Shown here piece by piece: positions 59,070 to 64,000 of a DNA stretch of 64,000 nucleotides; position 1 is the first letter of the stretch, and each line of letters begins with the position of its first letter. The stretch covers positions 1,312,001-1,376,000 of the forward strand of contig CAVXRD010000002.1 of assembly GCA_963764165.1 (NCBI GenBank), written 5' to 3'. The translations under genes and the position numbers were made by a program. Under the pieces are notes generated by a model. It worked only from the letters and a program-made list of their open reading frames with translations, ran no database searches and was not told the origin of the DNA. The DNA comes from an uncultured Verrucomicrobiae bacterium (GTDB lineage Bacteria; Verrucomicrobiota; Verrucomicrobiia; Limisphaerales; Palsa-1400).

Positions 59070-61616
59070 CTAGGGAATCTGCGCCACATCCTTTTGCTGC
59101 AGCCACCCAATTTGACGTGATGCATCAGTGACTTGCAGCCAATCGCCATTCTGGCTGAGCACCGTCAATTCCGTCCCGTCATGCGCGGTAAATGCGCTTT
59201 GCGACACATCCATCGGGCCGCGCCGCACAACGGCTTCGGGAACCACCACGACCGACGATTTTTCAACGAGCCGCTGGCTGATCGAAAATCCAAGGCAAAC
59301 GAGGCACCACGCCGCAGCCGCAGCCAGAACGCCAGCGGCTCCGCCCGATGATTTCGCGAAGCTCGGGAAAATTTGCCGGGCTGTCAGCGTCAGAAAAAAG
59401 AGCGCAGCCACGCCGGAAGCCGCCATGGTCCACTCATTTACCGTCAGGCGGCCGACCCAGCGCGTCCAGCGGCTGCCGGGAATGGCTGCGCTGCTGGCGC
59501 CAGCTTTGGCGCGGACGATTTCAAGATTGGCGCGAATATCAGGATCGCGCGGGGCAAGCGCTTCGGCGCGGCGGTAATCGTAAATGGCCCGCCCCAGCTC
59601 GCCGGATTTGAAGGCGGCGTTGCCGGCGTTGAAATAAATCGCGGGCGAAATTTTTCCGCCGCGCAACAAGCCTTCGTAAGCCGCCGACGCCTGCGCGTAT
59701 TTCCCCTCCTCATAAAGTTTGTTGGCATGCAGAAAAATGTCGTCCGCGCTCTCAGCGAACGCCATGCCGCCAGCTGTCAAACATAACAAAATCACACTGG
59801 TGGCTTGCGGCGCCCTTCGCCCGGAGCTTCCGCTGGCGTCGGGGATTTTTTGCAGCGCGGCCAGGGCGGATTTGACTTTTGGAATCAGCGACGCCATTCC
59901 TTGCGACGTATGCTCAGGCGTGTAGCGGTATTGGTTGCACGCTTGGAACAAATCGCGCACCAGCGCCCGGTCGCTTTCCGACAGGCATTTCACATCCTCA
60001 AGAACGGCCTCGGTGATGGCGGGCGCGGGCAAATCCAGGCGCTCGCCCAGTTGCTCCTGCAACAGCCGCAGCAAAGTGGCGTGAAATTGATCCGCGTCGT
60101 TGGCGGCGGCCTGGGCGGCCAGATCGCTGTAGCCCTCCTCGACCAACCGCGCGACCACCCGGCGGCGGCGCAATCGGGGGCTGTTGGCAAGTTTGTCCTT
60201 ATGCCGGCGCCAAAGCAAAGCTCCCACCCAAATCAACGGCGGCGCGAGTTGCAATGAAAGGAAAGCAGGTTGCATCACCAGCGGTGGTTTGGCCGCCGTG
60301 ACTGTGCCCGCCGCCGGTTTGATGTGGACGATGTCCTGATTTTGCGGCTGCGCTTCCTGGACGGGCACCGCGGAATTGACGACCGTCGGCTGGGGCGTGG
60401 CGGCTGTGGGGTGAACCGTCAGCGCAATCTGCGGAGCGCTGAGCGTCCGAAACATTCCCGCGCTTGGATCAAAATAACTGAATGAAAACGCGGGCAGCTC
60501 CTTGATCTCCGCGTTCATCGGCGTAATGACCTCCTCAAAGTATTTGGAACCTTGGATCTGCAGCGGATCGGTGGATTCCAATTTGCTGTTTGGCGGGTAA
60601 ATCTTGAACTCCCGCCAATCCTGTTCGTTTATCGGCACGGTCACGGAATCCCACGAGCCAGTCCCGGAAATGCGGATCTTCAAGGTCACCGGATCACCGA
60701 CTCCAACGTTGGTTGGCCCGCAGCTATATTCCACCAGCGCGAACTGGCCGATGGCTCCATGAAAACTGGCAGGCATGCCGTTTTTCGGAATTGGCAGGAC
60801 GTTAATTTCCGGCGTGTCGCTGGAAACATCGAGTTGGCGAGGATTGGTCAATCCAAAAAAATTCTGCCCCTGGAATTCGGTGAGCGACCAGGTTGCAGGC
60901 CCTAGTTTTTGGCGTCCGATGCGGGTGGCCGTGACGGCCGCGCGGAAATTCAGCCAATTATACATGGAGTTTTCCACCCGGCGTTTCGATTGTTTGTGAT
61001 CATTGGGAATGGCACCGACAATAAAATTATCGGTGTTCAATTGAGGCCCCTGGCTGAGCTTGACGTTATCCAGGCAAAAGCACTGGATTTCAACGGGCAT
61101 CACCTGGCCCAAATAGACATTCGTCGCGGAAGGGACCAAGCGGACAAAAGCCGTTTCAGGCCGTCCACTGGCCTGATGGGCGTTTCCCTGGACGACTTTG
61201 AGTTTGAGCGGGCGGCTCGTCACCTTCTTCCCGCCCACGTCGGCAACGATGGCAGGAATCGTATACTCGCCGATGTGTGAGGCTTGCACCTCCATCGTGT
61301 ATCGAATGCTGCTGCTGACATTGCCATTAATGAATTGCTGGCTCTCGAATTGGCTTATGCCTCCAAATCTGAGACCAGGCATCTGCGGCAAAGCCGGAAT
61401 GGCGCTGGGCCGGCAATCGTTGAATTCCAGCGTCAGAACGGCTGATTCGCCGAGATTAATCGTCTCGGGATCCAAGGTGACTTCAAAACTTGGGTCCGCC
61501 AAGGCAGGCAATGCGAGCATCGCCAGCCATGCAAAAATGAAAATTGCGCCGTGAAAAACACGGCTTCCCAAGGGGCTATGCGCTTTTCGGCCTATTAAGC
61601 TCACCATAAAAACCAA
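59070..61616 (-). CDS. BatD-family protein fused to a BatE-like TPR/SH3 region; start uncertain
   Basis: QFINGNVSSS, GEYTIPAI, GAIGQF, FSYFDP (BatD); ANKLYEEGKY..YFNAGNA..PRDPDIRANL (TPR); GTELTVL..GDW..IGWL (SH3). Confidence 0.8.
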   Translation of the reverse strand: MVFMVSLIGRKAHSPLGSRVFHGAIFIFAWLAMLALPALADPSFEVTLDPETINLGESAVLTLEFNDCRPSAIPALPQMPGLRFGGISQFESQQFINGNVSSSIRYTMEVQASHIGEYTIPAIVADVGGKKVTSRPLKLKVVQGNAHQASGRPETAFVRLVPSATNVYLGQVMPVEIQCFCLDNVKLSQGPQLNTDNFIVGAIPNDHKQSKRRVENSMYNWLNFRAAVTATRIGRQKLGPATWSLTEFQGQNFFGLTNPRQLDVSSDTPEINVLPIPKNGMPASFHGAIGQFALVEYSCGPTNVGVGDPVTLKIRISGTGSWDSVTVPINEQDWREFKIYPPNSKLESTDPLQIQGSKYFEEVITPMNAEIKELPAFSFSYFDPSAGMFRTLSAPQIALTVHPTAATPQPTVVNSAVPVQEAQPQNQDIVHIKPAAGTVTAAKPPLVMQPAFLSLQLAPPLIWVGALLWRRHKDKLANSPRLRRRRVVARLVEEGYSDLAAQAAANDADQFHATLLRLLQEQLGERLDLPAPAITEAVLEDVKCLSESDRALVRDLFQACNQYRYTPEHTSQGMASLIPKVKSALAALQKIPDASGSSGRRAPQATSVILLCLTAGGMAFAESADDIFLHANKLYEEGKYAQASAAYEGLLRGGKISPAIYFNAGNAAFKSGELGRAIYDYRRAEALAPRDPDIRANLEIVRAKAGASSAAIPGSRWTRWVGRLTVNEWTMAASGVAALFFLTLTARQIFPSFAKSSGGAAGVLAAAAAWCLVCLGFSISQRLVEKSSVVVVPEAVVRRGPMDVSQSAFTAHDGTELTVLSQNGDWLQVTDASRQIGWLQQKDVAQIP

Positions 61617-61645
61617 GACAGCCTATTTTTGCTTTTGTTCATCGA

Positions 61646-62041
61646 TCAGGCAAGCGGGAACGGTTTTTTCCAGATGGGAACAATCTGTTTCATCTCATTT
61701 ATTATATATTGGCTGGCGGCAAATGCCTCTTCCCGATGCGGCGCGACGACCTCGATCCAAAGCGACGGTTCCCCAGCAGGGACTCTCCCGATGCGATGCA
61801 CAAGCCGCACCGCTTCGATGGGCCACTTTTGCTGGGTCTGATCGAACAGCAATTGAAACTGCTTTTCGGCCATGGGTATAAATGCTTCGTAATCAAGCCC
61901 TCCAATATCCCTCCCCTCCTCCGTTCCCCGCACCACGCCAGCAAAATAAACCACCGCCCCCATGCCCCCGCTCATCGCCCGCCTGGCCAAAAGCGAATGC
62001 TCGTCGATTTTTTGATCGGTGATGGTTAATTCGCGCCGCAT
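61646..62041 (-). CDS. moaE: Molybdopterin synthase catalytic subunit
   Basis: GAVVYFAGVVR, YEA, HRIG, APHREEAF, KQIVPIWKK. Confidence 0.95.
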   Translation of the reverse strand: MRRELTITDQKIDEHSLLARRAMSGGMGAVVYFAGVVRGTEEGRDIGGLDYEAFIPMAEKQFQLLFDQTQQKWPIEAVRLVHRIGRVPAGEPSLWIEVVAPHREEAFAASQYIINEMKQIVPIWKKPFPLA

Positions 62042-62079
62042 GATTCATGTCTGGACCACGGTAGGGGCGGGGCCCCAGG

Positions 62080-62300
62080 CGAGCCATCTTCGAAGGGGCG
62101 GCTTCGCGGGAGGCCCCCATTAAAAGATCGGGTAACAGCCAATGAACTGTTTAAAGAGCCAAAGGCGCGGCGGCGACAGGTGCCGGAGGCAGCACAGCTT
62201 GCAGCCGGTGGTTGAGCGAAGCGATGCCATCGGCTGCAAGCTCGCATCCCTGCCGGGATGCGCTCATTGCACAAGGTCATTGGCCGCGCCGCCCTACCGG
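62080..62300. repeat. Cluster of REP-like palindromes between moaE and moaD
   Basis: GTAGGGGCGGGGCCCC.. and GCCGGTGGTTGAGCGAAGCGA...GCATCCCTGCCGGGATGC, related to 22375-22455. Confidence 0.5.
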
Positions 62301-62357
62301 CCTCACCGGCTCGGTTGCCTGTGGCGTCGCGCAAAAAACTGTCCGGCATCGGCGTGT

Positions 62358-62603
62358 TCATCCTCCCTGCACAGGCGGAAAAAGAGAAACCTCATCGCCC
62401 TCGGCCAAAATATAATCGACAGATTGGTAATCGACCCCGACCGCCACCAGCGTTGATTTCCGCATCGCCGCCAGTTTCGGAAAACGCGCAAAAAGCCCCT
62501 CCAAAAGGTCGCCCAGGCGCGAACCGGGAGCGACGTCTTCCGTCACTTCGACCGCGCCGGCCAAATCCTTAAAGTAGGAATAGAAATGAATGCGCACCCG
62601 CAA
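62358..62603 (-). CDS. moaD: Molybdopterin synthase sulfur carrier
   Basis: C-terminal GDEVSLFPPVQGG; start set at TTG 62603. Confidence 0.92.
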   Translation of the reverse strand: MRVRIHFYSYFKDLAGAVEVTEDVAPGSRLGDLLEGLFARFPKLAAMRKSTLVAVGVDYQSVDYILAEGDEVSLFPPVQGG

Positions 62604-62754
62604 CGAGGGAGCAGCATATAGGAGAATGTTCTGCAAAGCGAATGCAAAGGGCGCGGTTAAACTCGAATTCATTCATCTGGAACGACCGAACTCAGGAACG
62701 GAGGTTTCCGGCAAATTTCCACCGCCGCCGCAAAGGTTTGCGCCAATGGCGAGT

Positions 62755-63759
62755 CTACTTTGGAAACGACGGCAAAGAAGCCATATTGGTCACGCTGGCA
62801 TCGCCGTTTGCAACCGGCGGCATCGGCGGACCGGGCCAGGGCGGTATCACCGGCAATCGATTGACGAGCGAGCGCCACACTTCGCGCTCATGCCCGGACA
62901 TGGCCTCCCATTTGGCGGCGTTGTGCAGGAACTGGTCGCGATCCTCGGCGGACATGGTGGCGAATTTGCTGAAGGATTCCACGCAATCGCGCTGCGCGGC
63001 AGGCGAAAGAGCCGCATAGGAGCTGAGCGCCTGCGCCATCTGCCCCTGCTCCTCCGAGGTGAGACCTTTGATGGTGGCTTTCTGCTGCTCGCCTGTAGAG
63101 TAAAAAAACTGGCGGAAGGCTTCGCACAATTCCCGCCTGCGGCTTTCCGGCAGCGCTTGCCACTGATTCAGCTCCGCCTTCCACCGCGCGCGCTGCGCCG
63201 CGGGAATTTTGTCCGGCGCATCATTGGGGAGGGTGGCCGAAGCTTCCTGCAATTGCGCGTACGTTTGGAGAAAATGCTCGTTGTCCAAAAGCGCCTTGCG
63301 GGTGTCTCCGGGCAGCCGATCCCACAAGCCAAGCTGCTGCGAAAGCATGGGGGCGTAAAGCGGCGAAATCTCCTTCATGCGCTCCTGCCGCTGCGCGGGG
63401 CTCAGGCGCAGCAGCGTCAGCAAATACCAATGCAGCTCGGTATGGCGCAGCCGCTCTTCGCGGATTTCCCGCGGCATGCGCTCGTATTCATCAATTTTGG
63501 CCAGAACATGCTCGCGCTCCTTCGGTGTTTTGTCCGCCAGCACACGCTCCCGTTCCTCCGGCGTCATTCCAAGCAATCCGCGAAAATAGGCAATCGGAGT
63601 CAGATTGGTCACCGTCACCCCCTTGGCCACATGCTGATACCAATGAGGCGAGGGCGGGGGCGGCGGGCCGGTGGGTTCCGCGGTTGGCGGTTGCGCGCCG
63701 GCGATAATCGCAGCGGCGAACACAATGAAACCGAAAAATGGAATGGCCGGCTTGCGCAT
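62755..63759 (-). CDS. DUF3106-like helical-repeat secreted protein
   Basis: Signal peptide; repeated W..L...R / L.P.ER units. Confidence 0.65.
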   Translation of the reverse strand: MRKPAIPFFGFIVFAAAIIAGAQPPTAEPTGPPPPPSPHWYQHVAKGVTVTNLTPIAYFRGLLGMTPEERERVLADKTPKEREHVLAKIDEYERMPREIREERLRHTELHWYLLTLLRLSPAQRQERMKEISPLYAPMLSQQLGLWDRLPGDTRKALLDNEHFLQTYAQLQEASATLPNDAPDKIPAAQRARWKAELNQWQALPESRRRELCEAFRQFFYSTGEQQKATIKGLTSEEQGQMAQALSSYAALSPAAQRDCVESFSKFATMSAEDRDQFLHNAAKWEAMSGHEREVWRSLVNRLPVIPPWPGPPMPPVANGDASVTNMASLPSFPK

Positions 63760-63762
63760 GGG

Positions 63763-64000
63763 CTATTGAAGCACGGTCAGCAAGTCGTCGTCCGCCACTT
63801 TGACCTTGTTGAGCCGGTTGATGGTGTCGAAATTCTCCAGCCAATCAATGCGGGGCAATTCCGCCAGACGGCTGGTAATGGCCACTTCATGGGAAACTTC
63901 AGCGCGATGCATGGCTTGATATTGATGATACGACAGCATGCCGGAGCAAATCATGGCCGCACCCAAGGCCGCTCGCGGCACCCAGGCGTTTGATAGCCAC
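63763..64000 (-). CDS. C-terminal part of a single-pass membrane protein (possible anti-sigma factor), partial
   Basis: TM helix then LENFDTINRL...ADDDLLTVLQ*; directly upstream of the DUF3106-like gene. Confidence 0.45.
   Translation of the reverse strand, partial: WLSNAWVPRAALGAAMICSGMLSYHQYQAMHRAEVSHEVAITSRLAELPRIDWLENFDTINRLNKVKVADDDLLTVLQ

Noticed and set aside
1..64000. CRISPR array or cas genes
   Set aside because: No regularly spaced 23-47-bp direct repeats with unique spacers; repeats seen are inverted, dispersed or kilobases apart

Overview
A GC-rich bacterial chromosomal window. The gene content (prepilin-type DUF1559-like genes, ECF sigma factor with a C-terminal extension, PQQ-type propeller, BatD, many intergenic palindromes) suggests Verrucomicrobiota/PVC; this is an inference. 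The core backbone carries the start of an EPS locus (wzc-like, OM beta-barrel, GT-C transferase, sigma54 two-component pair), hflX, LysR, PTS IIA, argS, a GH95/FucP/GH125 glycan-use cluster, citrate synthase, sucC, RluA, PpiD/SurA-like, a TPR transferase, rhomboid, degP, mutL, BatD-BatE and moaDE. Accessory region 1 (~19.4-27.9 kb) holds an intact IS4 (9-bp TSD) splitting a DUF3486-like gene, an internally deleted IS200/REP-associated Y1 transposase between 22-bp inverted hairpins, an IS630 (TA TSD, A8 frameshift) splitting a peroxiredoxin signal peptide, an SDR/TetR pair and a ParE-type toxin-antitoxin pair. Accessory region 2 (~36.9-51.3 kb) is punctuated by three direct copies of a tRNA-Gly 3' end (att-like). 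It holds a frameshifted MenAT-like nucleotidyltransferase module, tandem alpha/beta-hydrolases, a Hen1 N-terminal stump, an ECF sigma factor with duplicated prepilin-like genes, and the best candidate for an uncharacterised system: ParB/Srx-like protein + PD-(D/E)XK-like protein + convergent Dam-class m6A methyltransferase, with a 25-bp inverted repeat between the converging genes. No complete tRNA, rRNA or CRISPR array was found.
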